This document shows positions 19,460 through 29,504 of a DNA stretch of 64,000 nt, in pieces. The stretch's first letter is position 1, and the number at the start of each line of letters is the position of its first letter. Location: contig CAVUQF010000002.1 in NCBI GenBank assembly GCA_963743615.1, positions 65,697-129,696 of the forward strand, given 5' to 3'. This DNA is from an uncultured Nanoarchaeota archaeon (lineage in GTDB: Archaea; Nanobdellota; Nanobdellia; Pacearchaeales; GW2011-AR1). The notes beneath the pieces were generated by a model. The model was given only the letters and a program-made list of their open reading frames with translations. It searched no databases and was not told the origin of the DNA. The translations under genes were made by a program, and so were the position numbers.

Positions 19460-22000
19460 ATGCAAAAGGGGTCTGAATTAGAATATTGGAATAAGACTGA
19501 GGGAGATTTATTTCGAGTCTTTAAGAGTTCTCGGCAGGGGCTGACAGAAAGTGAAATTGAATCAAGGCATAAAGAGTATGGTTATAATCAGCTAAAAAAG
19601 AAGAAGTCTTTTCTTCTTCTGCTTTTAAGGCAATTCAAGAATCCACTATTATGGCTTCTTATTGTAACAAGTGTACTTTCAATGTATTTTGGAGAGGTAC
19701 TCGGAGGAACAATAATACTTGTTCTTATTTTTCTTTCTGCAATTGTATCCTTTATTCAAGAATATCGTTCTGAAAGAATTGTCGATGATTTGAATAAAAA
19801 AATTTCCCATAAAGCAATTGTAACGAGAAATGGCGAGAAAATTGAGATTGATGTAAAGAACATCGTTCCAGGGGATATTATAAATTTGGATGTAGGGAGC
19901 AAGGTCCCTGCGGACGTAAGGCTTATTGAAGCCGAGAACCTTGAAATAAACGAGTCTATTCTTACAGGAGAATCCGTTCCAGTGCATAAAGTTTCGGATG
20001 TTCTTAAAAAAGCGGACGTGGACAAGAATTATAAGAATTATGCTTTTGCGGGAACAATTATTTCGGACGGTCAGGCCTTGGGAATTGTTCTGTCGATTGG
20101 AAATCAAACTAGGCTTGGGCAGCTTTCAAGGACAGTCATTCAGGAAAAGCCTCAAATTCAATTTCAAAAAGGTATAAGCCAGTTTGTAAATTTCCTGATA
20201 AAGGTTGTTTTGGTCCTAACAGTAATTATCTTTGCTGCAAATGCCGTTCTGAAACAAAATATCCTTGATTCTTTGCTATTTGCGCTTGCTGTTGCAATAG
20301 GGATCGCTCCAGAAATGATGCCTGTAATTATGACTATAAGTATGTCAATAGGTGCAAAAAACATGGCAAAAAAGGAAGTAATTGTGAAAAGGTTAGTCTC
20401 AATTGAGGATTTTGGGAACATGGATATTCTGTGTACAGATAAAACAGGAACAATAACAGAGGGAAATATAGAGTTGCATAACTATTTTGACCTTTCGAAC
20501 AATTTGAATGAAAATATACTGCTATACAGTGTTCTTTGCAATTCTGCAATACGCCACGGGAAAAAAATATCTGGGAATTCTATTGATGCGGCAATTCTTA
20601 AGTATGCCGGAGACAAGGTTATTTCGGAATTGGAATCATACTCTAAAATTGAAGATATCCCCTTTGATTATGATAGAAAAAGAATGTCCGTTGCGGTCAA
20701 GAATGGAAAGGAGCAACTGCTTATAACTAAAGGTGCCGTATTTCCTATACTGAAAGTTTGTTCAAAGATTGATATTAATGGAAGGGTTGGGGGAATTGCA
20801 AATTATAGAGAAAAAATAAAAAAGAAGTTTTTTGATCTGTCAAATGAGGGACTGAGGGTTATAGCCGTTGCATACAAGAATTCCTCAAAAGCTAGCTATG
20901 ATAAGGCTGATGAAAAGGAATTAACTTTCCTTGGATTTATTACTCTCTCCGATCCTCCAAGAAAAACAGTAAAGGGATCCCTTGAAAAATTAAAATCTCT
21001 CGATGTAGCTTTTAAAATACTTACAGGAGACAATGAAATAATAACTCAAAAGATTGCTCAAGAAGTTGGAATTCAGATTACTAGGATTGTTATTGGAGAC
21101 CAGATAGAAAAATTTGATGATAAGAAGCTCAGCGAAGTTGTTGAGAAAGCTAACGTTTTTTGCAGGCTCACACCCTCTCAGAAGCAAAGGATAATAAAAG
21201 TCCTGAAGGAAAACGGGCATGATGTGGGGTATATGGGAGATGGGGTAAATGATATAGAAGCTCTTTATGAAGCAGATGTTGGGATTTCAGTTGATACGGC
21301 TGTGGATGTTGCAAAAGATGCATCAGATATAATCCTTTTGAAGAAAGATCTTGGCATTCTCGCAGGAGGGGTTGCTGAAGGCAGGAAAATCTTTGGAAAC
21401 TCAATGAAATATATTCTCATGGAAGTAAGTTCAAACTTTGGGAACATGCTTAGTTTATCTGTCTCCTCTTTTGTTTTGCCATTTCTTCCAATGCTTCCTA
21501 CCCAGGTTCTGCTTAATGATATGCTCTACGACTTTTCTCAAGTACCCATATCCGGAGATAATGTTGATTCTGAGTATCTGAAAAAACCTAAAAAATTCGA
21601 TTTAAAACTTATTAGAAGATTTATGATTTGGTTCGGACCAATTAGTTCTCTTTATGATTTTCTTACTTATGGGGTTTTGATTTTCTTATTTAAGGCAAGC
21701 CAGGCGACATTCAGGACAGGCTGGTTTATTGAATCAATAGCAACTCAGACGCTTGTTGTTTTTGCAATAAGAACAAGACGTTCCCCTTTCTGGAAGAGCA
21801 AGCCTGGAAAGGGAATTTTAATTAGCTGCTTTACCATAGTTGCAATAGCCTTGATTATTCCATATACCCCTCTGGGGAACTTATTCCAATTCATTCCTAT
21901 GCCTATTTGGTTCTTTGTGTACGTCGTTGCCGCAGTATTAACTTACCTACTTTTAGTCGAGATGAGCAAGAGGATTTTCTACAAGAAATATGAGATTTAG
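19460..22000 (+). CDS. P-type cation-transporting ATPase (MgtA/Ca-ATPase-like)
   Basis: Phosphorylation site ICTDKTGTITEGN. Hinge GDGVNDIEALYEADVGIS. About 10 TM segments and 846 aa. Confidence 0.85.
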   Translation: MQKGSELEYWNKTEGDLFRVFKSSRQGLTESEIESRHKEYGYNQLKKKKSFLLLLLRQFKNPLLWLLIVTSVLSMYFGEVLGGTIILVLIFLSAIVSFIQEYRSERIVDDLNKKISHKAIVTRNGEKIEIDVKNIVPGDIINLDVGSKVPADVRLIEAENLEINESILTGESVPVHKVSDVLKKADVDKNYKNYAFAGTIISDGQALGIVLSIGNQTRLGQLSRTVIQEKPQIQFQKGISQFVNFLIKVVLVLTVIIFAANAVLKQNILDSLLFALAVAIGIAPEMMPVIMTISMSIGAKNMAKKEVIVKRLVSIEDFGNMDILCTDKTGTITEGNIELHNYFDLSNNLNENILLYSVLCNSAIRHGKKISGNSIDAAILKYAGDKVISELESYSKIEDIPFDYDRKRMSVAVKNGKEQLLITKGAVFPILKVCSKIDINGRVGGIANYREKIKKKFFDLSNEGLRVIAVAYKNSSKASYDKADEKELTFLGFITLSDPPRKTVKGSLEKLKSLDVAFKILTGDNEIITQKIAQEVGIQITRIVIGDQIEKFDDKKLSEVVEKANVFCRLTPSQKQRIIKVLKENGHDVGYMGDGVNDIEALYEADVGISVDTAVDVAKDASDIILLKKDLGILAGGVAEGRKIFGNSMKYILMEVSSNFGNMLSLSVSSFVLPFLPMLPTQVLLNDMLYDFSQVPISGDNVDSEYLKKPKKFDLKLIRRFMIWFGPISSLYDFLTYGVLIFLFKASQATFRTGWFIESIATQTLVVFAIRTRRSPFWKSKPGKGILISCFTIVAIALIIPYTPLGNLFQFIPMPIWFFVYVVAAVLTYLLLVEMSKRIFYKKYEI

Positions 22001-22005
22001 AGGTA

Positions 22006-22194
22006 CTACTTGTTTTTCTTTTTAGACCTATTTAATATACCAACTATAATTCCTATAATTAAAATTATTACGCCGAGCCCAATAATGTAATAAAGAAAAT
22101 TTGCAAGGCTATTTCCTTTTCCAAATATATCCATCAAAAGCTCTGGTATTGCTATTGTAATCATTCCAATGAGAATGATTGTTGACATTTTCAT
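22006..22194 (-). CDS. small membrane protein
   Basis: 62 aa and hydrophobic. It lies convergent to the ATPase. Confidence 0.25.
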   Translation of the reverse strand: MKMSTIILIGMITIAIPELLMDIFGKGNSLANFLYYIIGLGVIILIIGIIVGILNRSKKKNK

Positions 22195-22565
22195 ATTGCT
22201 AGATATTTATTGATATTTATAAAATTGCCATAAGTTCAAAGAAGTTATTAGAAAAGAATAAATACTCTAGAATAATTAAAAAAGTATGTATAAAAAGGGG
22301 AAGGGAAATGGCAAAGGCGGAATAATAATTTTTGTCTTGATTATAATTGGACTGCTTATATGGGGATATTTTGGAGGGAAGAATACTACTGACTTAACCA
22401 CATGTAACATCCACTTCGGGATATTCTGCTGGAAGTGGACAGGTGCAGTTAATGCAACTACTAACACAATTGGGCAGGCAGGGGGGACGGTAAGCAACCT
22501 CATTAATGGATCAAGTATTCCGTCATAAATTCTAATTGTAACCTCCTCGTCTTACGAAGAATCAT

Positions 22566-22646
22566 CGCCCAGAGCAGGAATCGAACCTGCGAGCCCTTGC
22601 GGGCCCGGATTAGCAATCCGGTGCAATACCATTATGCGATCTGGGC
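22566..22646 (-). tRNA. tRNA-Ser (anticodon GCU)
   Basis: Acceptor GCCCAGA/UCUGGGC+G. Anticodon arm CCGGA-UUGCUAA-UCCGG. Long variable arm GCCCGCAAGGGCUC. T-arm GCAGG-UUCGAUU-CCUGC. Confidence 0.6.
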
Positions 22647-22736
22647 ATAATACAAATTTCTATGATATATTACTTATAAGCCTTTTTATCCCTCTTATGA
22701 GAATCTTTAAAAACAAGTTCAGATACGTTTTATTAT

Positions 22737-22812
22737 AGCGGGGTAGAGCAGCCTGGAGTGCTCGCGAGGCCCATAACCTCGAGGTCGCGTGGTTCAAATC
22801 CCGCCCCCGCTA
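22737..22812 (+). tRNA. tRNA-Met (anticodon CAU), initiator-like
   Basis: The A1:U72-type acceptor AGCGGGG/CCCCGCU+A is typical of archaeal initiator tRNA. Anticodon arm CGAGG-CCCAUAA-CCUCG. T-loop UUCAAAU. C33 is unusual, and the T-stem has one bulged nucleotide. Confidence 0.7.
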
Positions 22813-22907
22813 TTAAATGATTAAGCAAATCGGAGTTTTGTGGATTTTGAATCCATTTTATTTATAAATCTTAAAGGGTTTACAGTCAAAAGGAGGAAAT
22901 TAGTCTA

Positions 22908-23492
22908 ATGGAAAGGATATACTCAAATAAAACTGCTCTGGTAGTTATAGATTTACAAAATGGAATTATTTCCATGGGCAGGAAGCTTGAGCCTTATTCT
23001 GGAGAGGAAGTCATAGAAAAATCATCCGAGCTTGCCGAAGCATGCAGAAAAAATAACATTCCAGTATTTTTGGTGCATGTTAAACCTTCTAGAGAAACAG
23101 CACTTAATCCTACTGCAGAAATGTCTATGGGTGTGCATGATCTTCCTGGAGATTGGGCGGACTTTGTTGATCAAATTGGACCAAAAGAAGGAGATATTGT
23201 GATAACAAAGCACCAGTGGGGTGCATTTTATGGAACAGACCTAGACTTGCAACTCAGAAGGAGAAAAATAGACACAATAATTCTTTGCGGGATATCAACT
23301 AACGTAGGTGTTGAAAGTACTGCAAGATTTGCATATGAATACGGATATCACCAGATATTTGCTGAAGATGCAATGACCGCCATGAGTGCAGCTGAGCACA
23401 ATATGTCCGTTAATATAATATTCAAGAGGATGGGAATTGTAAGGAAGACCAAAGAAATTATAGAAGCAATTTCACATGGGGGGCAGGATTAA
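22908..23492 (+). CDS. isochorismatase-family cysteine hydrolase
   Basis: TALVVIDLQNGI...ILCGISTNVGVESTARFAYEYGY. Confidence 0.8.
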   Translation: MERIYSNKTALVVIDLQNGIISMGRKLEPYSGEEVIEKSSELAEACRKNNIPVFLVHVKPSRETALNPTAEMSMGVHDLPGDWADFVDQIGPKEGDIVITKHQWGAFYGTDLDLQLRRRKIDTIILCGISTNVGVESTARFAYEYGYHQIFAEDAMTAMSAAEHNMSVNIIFKRMGIVRKTKEIIEAISHGGQD

Positions 23493-23596
23493 AAAGAGTT
23501 CTAGACACAGTCAAATATTTAAGTAATAACCTATTTTAATAAATCTAAAGGGGGAGACAACGTTAAAACAAATTTCCTATTAAAAAAATTCTTCAT

Positions 23597-24283
23597 ATGC
23601 CTATAAATATTAAAAAATTAAGGAAGTACTTGATTATTGTTCTATTAATTATTTACCTAGTAGTGATTATCTTTGAATCTAATTTCAATTTCAATCAGGA
23701 AGTTATTGAGAAACTGCTTTCAAATTATCAAAATTTTACTCAACCGATATACACATTTATCGTTTTAATCACTACCATGACCGGGACAGTATCATCTGCA
23801 TTCATACTTTCTGGATTTTTTATGTTTAATGCACCCACTTTAGTAGTTCTTACTTCCATAGGAATAATTTTAGGCATTATTCTTGTTTTTGTTCTATCAA
23901 GGACAATTGGGCATCAGGCATTTGAGAAGTATATCAATTCAGACAAGAATAATGCAAAAAAACTGAAAAGAATATTCAAGAACGACTCTAACGCAATTAT
24001 AGTTCTATTCAATTTTGTCTTCTTCCTCCCTTCCACGATTGGATGTATACTTGGAGGATTAAGTAAATCTAAAATGACTAAGTGGATAATTATAAGCATA
24101 ATCGGAAGTTTGCTTAATCAAATCGGGCTTATCCTTCTTCTATTAAGCATTCAAGATAACAGCTTAGTCTATCTGGTTCTTACAATATCTGCATTAGTAC
24201 TGATTTCAGTAATACCTATTATAATTTATAGAAAAGATATTAAGGATATTATGAAAATAACGTTTGAAAGGAGATCTAAATAA
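23597..24283 (+). CDS. DedA/VTT-family membrane protein
   Basis: Polytopic, with motifs like SRTIGHQAFEKY and GGLSKSKMTKW resembling the DedA SNARE-associated domain. Confidence 0.5.
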   Translation: MPINIKKLRKYLIIVLLIIYLVVIIFESNFNFNQEVIEKLLSNYQNFTQPIYTFIVLITTMTGTVSSAFILSGFFMFNAPTLVVLTSIGIILGIILVFVLSRTIGHQAFEKYINSDKNNAKKLKRIFKNDSNAIIVLFNFVFFLPSTIGCILGGLSKSKMTKWIIISIIGSLLNQIGLILLLLSIQDNSLVYLVLTISALVLISVIPIIIYRKDIKDIMKITFERRSK

Positions 24284-24284
24284 A

Positions 24285-24593
24285 ATGGTGACAGAAGGCT
24301 TCTTTGCTGAAAGGTGTTACTCTTTTCTTAGGAAAGTTCCATCAGGAAAACTGACAACTTACAAAGCTCTTGCCACCGCAATGGGAACGAAGGCATATCG
24401 AGCTGTTGGAACTGCCATGAACAAAAATCCTTATGCCCCCGAAGTTCCTTGTCACAGAGTTGTCAATAGCAATGGAAAAGTTGGAGGCTATGCCAAAGGA
24501 ACAAAAAAGAAGGTTGAAATTCTCAGGAAGGAAGGGATTCCGATAAAAAATGGTGGAATTGAGAACTTCGAAAGATATTTATACAGATTCTAG
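24285..24593 (+). CDS. ogt: methylated-DNA--protein-cysteine methyltransferase (DNA-binding/active-site domain only)
   Basis: PCHRVV active-site motif. ATG at 24285 is preceded by AGGAG. The ORF track starts the gene at TTG 24264, overlapping the upstream stop. Confidence 0.8.
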   Translation: MVTEGFFAERCYSFLRKVPSGKLTTYKALATAMGTKAYRAVGTAMNKNPYAPEVPCHRVVNSNGKVGGYAKGTKKKVEILRKEGIPIKNGGIENFERYLYRF

Positions 24594-24604
24594 AAAGTCT
24601 TTAT

Positions 24605-25273
24605 ATGTTAAAACTTGGAATTGACGAAGCAGGAAGAGGACCAATTTTAGGCCCTCTAGTAATAGCTGGTTGTCTGATTGATGAAAAATTTGAGAAAGAC
24701 TTGAAGAAATTAGGTGTCAAAGATAGCAAGCAACTCACACGAAAAAAAAGAGATGAACTGGAACCAGAAATAAAAAAACTCACAGAGGCCTTTGAAATAA
24801 TTATAATCCCTCCAATTGAAATAGAAGATAATAACGAACACGGGATAAAACTTAATGAGCTTGAGGCGATTGCGGCAGCGGAAATAATAAATAAGATAAA
24901 CAAGGGATTTAACAAGATAAAAGTTATTATTGATTGTCCAAATCCGACAACAGAGACTTGGAGACAGCTGGTTTTATCAAAAATAAAAGACAAGTCTAAC
25001 ATTGATTTGATATGTGAACATAAGGCAGATGTAAACCATATTGTGACCTCTGCGGCTTCGGTCCTGGCAAAATGTGTTAGGGACAAGGAAATGTCTTTTT
25101 TGAAAGAAAAATATGGTAATGTCGGTTCAGGGTATTGCCATGATCCAGTTACAATAAAATTCGTTGAAGAGAATTTGAAAAAATATGAAGAAGAGGGCAT
25201 TTTCAGGAAAACTTGGGTAACCTGGCGAGTTGCGGTAGCTAAGGCTAATCAGAAAAAACTTGACGAGTTTTGA
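24605..25273 (+). CDS. rnhB: ribonuclease HII
   Basis: N-terminus MLKLGIDEAGRGPILGPLVIAG with DEDD residues; 222 aa. Confidence 0.9.
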   Translation: MLKLGIDEAGRGPILGPLVIAGCLIDEKFEKDLKKLGVKDSKQLTRKKRDELEPEIKKLTEAFEIIIIPPIEIEDNNEHGIKLNELEAIAAAEIINKINKGFNKIKVIIDCPNPTTETWRQLVLSKIKDKSNIDLICEHKADVNHIVTSAASVLAKCVRDKEMSFLKEKYGNVGSGYCHDPVTIKFVEENLKKYEEEGIFRKTWVTWRVAVAKANQKKLDEF

Positions 25274-25312
25274 TCTATAAATCTTTAAAAATTCCTTTTA
25301 CTTTCCTCCGAT

Positions 25313-28171
25313 ATGACCTATATTAAAAAGCTGGTGATCAAGGGGTTCAAGAGTTTTGCCAAGAAAACAGAAATTCCCTTTGTTCCGCAGATAAATGTCA
25401 TTCTTGGTCCAAATGGTTCAGGAAAGAGTAATATCACAGATGCATTATGTTTTGTTTTTGGGAGATTAAGTTCAAAATCTCTTAGAGCAGCTAAATCAAG
25501 CAATTTGATTTTTCAGGGGAATAAATTTGTTGGTGCTGCTGGGGAAGCAATTGTTGAGATAGTATTTGATAATTCTGACAAAACATTTAGTATAGAAAAA
25601 AATGAAATCTCTATAGAAAGAATTGTAAGAAAGAACGGGCAGAGTATCTACAAAATTGATGGTGAAACAAAAAATAGGCAGGATGTATTATCTCTGTTGG
25701 CTCAGGGGGGGATTGATCCCAACGGATTTAACATAATTTTACAAGGAGAAATACAAAATTTTGTTAAAATGCACACAGAAGAAAGAAGGAAAGTAGTGGA
25801 GGAAATAGCGGGGATATCAATATATGAACTGAGAAAAGAAAAGTCTCTGAAGGAACTTGAAAAAACAGATGATAAACTGAAAGAAATTTCAACCATTCTT
25901 AGAGAGAGAACTGCATATATGAATAATCTTGAAAAGGAAAGGCAACAAGCATTAAAGTTCAAAAAGCTTCAAGAGGATGTGAAAAAATTCAAGGCAAGCA
26001 TAATTTATTTCGACTTAGTGAAAAAGGAAAAAGAAGTGGAGGAGGTTAAAGCAAAGATTGAAGGTAAGAATAATGAGAAAGAAAAAGTAAAAAAAGAAAT
26101 ATCAAAAATTCAGATTTCCATAGCAGATCTGGAAGCTAAAATAAATTCTATAAATTCTAATATTCAAACATCTACGGGATTTGAACAGGAAAGGCTTAAT
26201 CAAGAAATTACTAATCTTAGAGCGGATCTCGCTGGATTAAATGCAAGATTAGAGAATAGTGATAAAAGATTGAATGAGGCACTAAAACAAAAAGAGGCTC
26301 TTAATAAGAATTTGTTAGATCTAACTTCTGAGATAGAAAAGTTGAAAAAAGAAAATCCAAAAACAGTCGTAAAAAGAAAAGAAATTGAGCAGAAAAGCGG
26401 CGAGCTTGAAAAGCTGGAATTGCAGAGAAAGAAATTTTACCTAAATAGGTCAGAGTTAAAAACATTGCTGGACCGGTTTGAAGATAAAAAAATAACACTT
26501 CGGGGTTACGAACAGGAATCTTCCTTTTTATTAGAGCAGATAAAATCAATCTCTAAGGATTTATTTGATAGAAATTCAGATAAGTCTAGATTAAATTCTT
26601 TGAAATCTTCTCTGTCTGAAAAAAGGGGATTACTAGAGAAGCTTGAAAATGAAGAGCTAAAACTGGAAAAGATTTCGTATTCAAATGAACATGAGATAGA
26701 CGGTCAAAAATCGTTTATAGTTAAAATATCAAAGATGGATGTCTGTCCTGTTTGCAAGAACAAAATTACGGAAGAACACATTCATACAATAAGTAAAGAG
26801 ACTGCAGAAAAAATTGAATTGCTTAACAGGGAAATAAAAAAGTCTGATGAACAATTGGGAGAGATCTTCAAGAAAAAGAAAATGATTCGGGAAGAAATTG
26901 AGAATATGACCTCTGAGATTTCAAAAAGAGAGTCGGATATTATTTTACTTTCAAATGTAGAAGATAAAAAAAATCAGATAAAATCTCTTCAGGAAAAAAC
27001 TGAATCTCTCAAAATAGAAATTTCAGAAATTGAGAAAAAGAAAAATAACCTGCAGAATTATGTTGATACAGACTTTGATATTGATAAAAGATACGAAGAA
27101 TTAAGATTGAAGATCCAGGAAATTCCTTTAATTAATGAAGAAGATACCGATTCTGAAATAACTTTTAAAAGACGGGACATTGAAAAGATAAAATCTTCAC
27201 TGAGGCAGTTGCTTGGAAGTGAGCAGGAATTAAAAGATGAGATCCTGAAATTTAATGCAACGATTGGTGAGAAAAACAAGAGTTTGGAGGAGAAGAAAAA
27301 GCAGGAGGAGCAGCTTAGCGAGAAATTCAAGAAATTGATCTCGGAGAGGGATGAACTTCAGAAAAATGTTAGAGATAATCAGATTTTAGTTTCACAGCAT
27401 CAAAATAAGACTTATGGAATAGAGCAAGAGATCAATAATTTAAAGATTGAAGATGCAAAATTCAATGCAGAAGCAGAGAATTTGAGACTTGAAATGAATG
27501 AATTTGAAGGAATTGAAAAGATAAAAGCTCCTAAAGAGTCCTTGACAGAAAGACTAGAGAAGGCTCAGGAAATATTGTTGGATCTTGGATCTGTAAATCT
27601 CCGTTCGCTTGAAGTTTACGAATCGGTAAAAAAAGAGTATGATTCTATAAAAGAAAAGATGCAGATCATTGATGGTGAAAAAGAAAGCATAATGAATATA
27701 ATAAAAGAGATAGATTTCAGAAAAAAGAAAACTTTCATGAAAACATTTAATGCTTTGAATGAAATCTTTTCAAGAAATTTCTCGGAGCTGAGTCAGAAAG
27801 GGCAGGTTTACCTTGAGCTTGAGAACCAGAAGGAGCCTTTTGAAGGGGGAGTCAATATAGTCCTTAAGACGGGCCACGGTAAATATTTTGACGTTACTTC
27901 CCTATCTGGGGGAGAGCAGACTCTTGTTGCATTGTCTCTGATTTTTGCTATTCAAGAACTAAAACCATATCCCTTTTATCTTTTGGATGAAATTGATGCG
28001 GCGCTTGATAAAAGAAATTCAGAAAGACTTGCAATGCTTCTCAAGAAATATATGGAGAAGGGGCAGTATATTGTAACATCACACAATGATGAAGTAATAA
28101 TGAATGCGAATAACCTATATGGTATTAGTATGAATGATGGAATAAGTAAAGTAATTAGTTTGAAAGTCTAA
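25313..28171 (+). CDS. SMC-family ATPase with a central CxxC zinc-hook-like motif and no hinge domain
   Basis: The N-terminal head IKGFKSFAKK...ILGPNGSGKSNITDALCFVFG is SMC-type. The C-terminal LSGGEQTLVALSLIFAIQELKPYPFYLLDEIDAALD is also SMC-type. The central coiled coil has its apex at ISKMDVCPVCKNKITEEH. Length is 952 aa. Confidence 0.8.
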   Translation: MTYIKKLVIKGFKSFAKKTEIPFVPQINVILGPNGSGKSNITDALCFVFGRLSSKSLRAAKSSNLIFQGNKFVGAAGEAIVEIVFDNSDKTFSIEKNEISIERIVRKNGQSIYKIDGETKNRQDVLSLLAQGGIDPNGFNIILQGEIQNFVKMHTEERRKVVEEIAGISIYELRKEKSLKELEKTDDKLKEISTILRERTAYMNNLEKERQQALKFKKLQEDVKKFKASIIYFDLVKKEKEVEEVKAKIEGKNNEKEKVKKEISKIQISIADLEAKINSINSNIQTSTGFEQERLNQEITNLRADLAGLNARLENSDKRLNEALKQKEALNKNLLDLTSEIEKLKKENPKTVVKRKEIEQKSGELEKLELQRKKFYLNRSELKTLLDRFEDKKITLRGYEQESSFLLEQIKSISKDLFDRNSDKSRLNSLKSSLSEKRGLLEKLENEELKLEKISYSNEHEIDGQKSFIVKISKMDVCPVCKNKITEEHIHTISKETAEKIELLNREIKKSDEQLGEIFKKKKMIREEIENMTSEISKRESDIILLSNVEDKKNQIKSLQEKTESLKIEISEIEKKKNNLQNYVDTDFDIDKRYEELRLKIQEIPLINEEDTDSEITFKRRDIEKIKSSLRQLLGSEQELKDEILKFNATIGEKNKSLEEKKKQEEQLSEKFKKLISERDELQKNVRDNQILVSQHQNKTYGIEQEINNLKIEDAKFNAEAENLRLEMNEFEGIEKIKAPKESLTERLEKAQEILLDLGSVNLRSLEVYESVKKEYDSIKEKMQIIDGEKESIMNIIKEIDFRKKKTFMKTFNALNEIFSRNFSELSQKGQVYLELENQKEPFEGGVNIVLKTGHGKYFDVTSLSGGEQTLVALSLIFAIQELKPYPFYLLDEIDAALDKRNSERLAMLLKKYMEKGQYIVTSHNDEVIMNANNLYGISMNDGISKVISLKV

Positions 28172-28176
28172 TAATC

Positions 28177-29391
28177 TCAGTAATAGCTTTCACTGAACTC
28201 TTCTGGCTTATTACTACTTGGCTTTCTTGCAATCAATACAAGCAAAACAGCTAGCAATGTTATGAATATCACTGCAAGAACAATTGTTAATATTACTACA
28301 GGATTTGAAACTCCATTCCCCTCTGCATTTAAAGCCAAATTAACATTGCCTGTAAGTTGCCCATCATTTGAGAAAGCGCTAACACTAAGGTTGTAACTTC
28401 CAGCGGAACTTGGAGTTGCGGTCAATGTTATTGTTCTGCTTGAGCCTGCTGGAACCGTAATTATAGAATCTGTTGATATTGCAACACCAGATGCAGTTTG
28501 AGGAACGATATTATAAACAGTTATGCTTGTTGTTGGATTTACAACTTCTAAGTTATAGGTAGCAGATTGTCCCACATTAGATGATTGTACGGGATTATCC
28601 GCAACAATATTACTCTCGAATGAGTTTTCTATATTAAGAGTTGTAGTTTGTACTTCATCAACATACCCATTTCTTACCTCAGCCTGAACAATATATGATC
28701 CGGAGGTCACGTTGTATGAAGGCAACTGAAGGTATACTGTTCCACTTGTAGTATCATTTGATTGAACAACATTATTCAAATCTCCAAAATAAGCTGTTTT
28801 TTCAACATTTAATGCAGGAATGCTTACAATCACATAAAGATCATTTAACTCATTATATCCTGTATTTTTCAAGACAACATTAACAGGCACTAATCCTCCT
28901 GCGTTAACACTGCCTACAGTGTTTAAAGACATAACTTCTACATTATAAGACTGTCTCTGGTATCTAAAATATACTGTCTGTTGTGTTTCAACTACAGAGG
29001 AATCTCCATTCCAAATGGTTACAACAACCGGTAAATTATTACTTTGAATATCCCCATTGTCTGAAGGTATGCTAATGCTTAAAGGTTCTACATAAGTCTG
29101 TCCAGTCTCGATATCACCTACAAAGACCTGACTTTGAATATCTCCATTAATACCCTGAACATTTACACTCAAATATACATTTGATTCATTTGCGTTTGCT
29201 GTGAATGTGACAGTTACAGGCACACTATTACCTGCGAGAACGGCTATGCTTTGCCCGTTGCCAACTCCGTTTAGGCTATTCACATTTAAATTTGTAATAG
29301 TGGCAATTTGGTTAGCAGAGACTACACTAGTCAAAACAAGAACGCTTGCTAATATCAGAAAAGAAACCAAAAATTTCTTTTGTTTGTTCAT
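28177..29391 (-). CDS. cell-surface protein with a signal peptide, Ig/CARDB-like repeats and a C-terminal TM anchor
   Basis: N-terminal signal MNKQKKFLVSFLILASVLVLTSVVSA. Repeated beta-rich T/S/N/V domains. C-terminal TM followed by a basic tail. Confidence 0.5.
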   Translation of the reverse strand: MNKQKKFLVSFLILASVLVLTSVVSANQIATITNLNVNSLNGVGNGQSIAVLAGNSVPVTVTFTANANESNVYLSVNVQGINGDIQSQVFVGDIETGQTYVEPLSISIPSDNGDIQSNNLPVVVTIWNGDSSVVETQQTVYFRYQRQSYNVEVMSLNTVGSVNAGGLVPVNVVLKNTGYNELNDLYVIVSIPALNVEKTAYFGDLNNVVQSNDTTSGTVYLQLPSYNVTSGSYIVQAEVRNGYVDEVQTTTLNIENSFESNIVADNPVQSSNVGQSATYNLEVVNPTTSITVYNIVPQTASGVAISTDSIITVPAGSSRTITLTATPSSAGSYNLSVSAFSNDGQLTGNVNLALNAEGNGVSNPVVILTIVLAVIFITLLAVLLVLIARKPSSNKPEEFSESYY

Positions 29392-29504
29392 TTTAATTCA
29401 ATTTTCATATCTAAAAATTCTTTATAAACTTTATGGTGATAACAAAATAAGGTCATTTTATAGTACTCAATAATTCACCAAGTGTAGTTACAATAAGTGA
29501 ATAG

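Noticed and set aside
22286-22528. An 80-aa ORF with a KGG + hydrophobic N-terminus considered as an eighth pilin
   Set aside because: It is isolated from the pilus operon, has a Gly/Lys low-complexity start, and overlaps an opposite-strand ORF. The evidence is insufficient.
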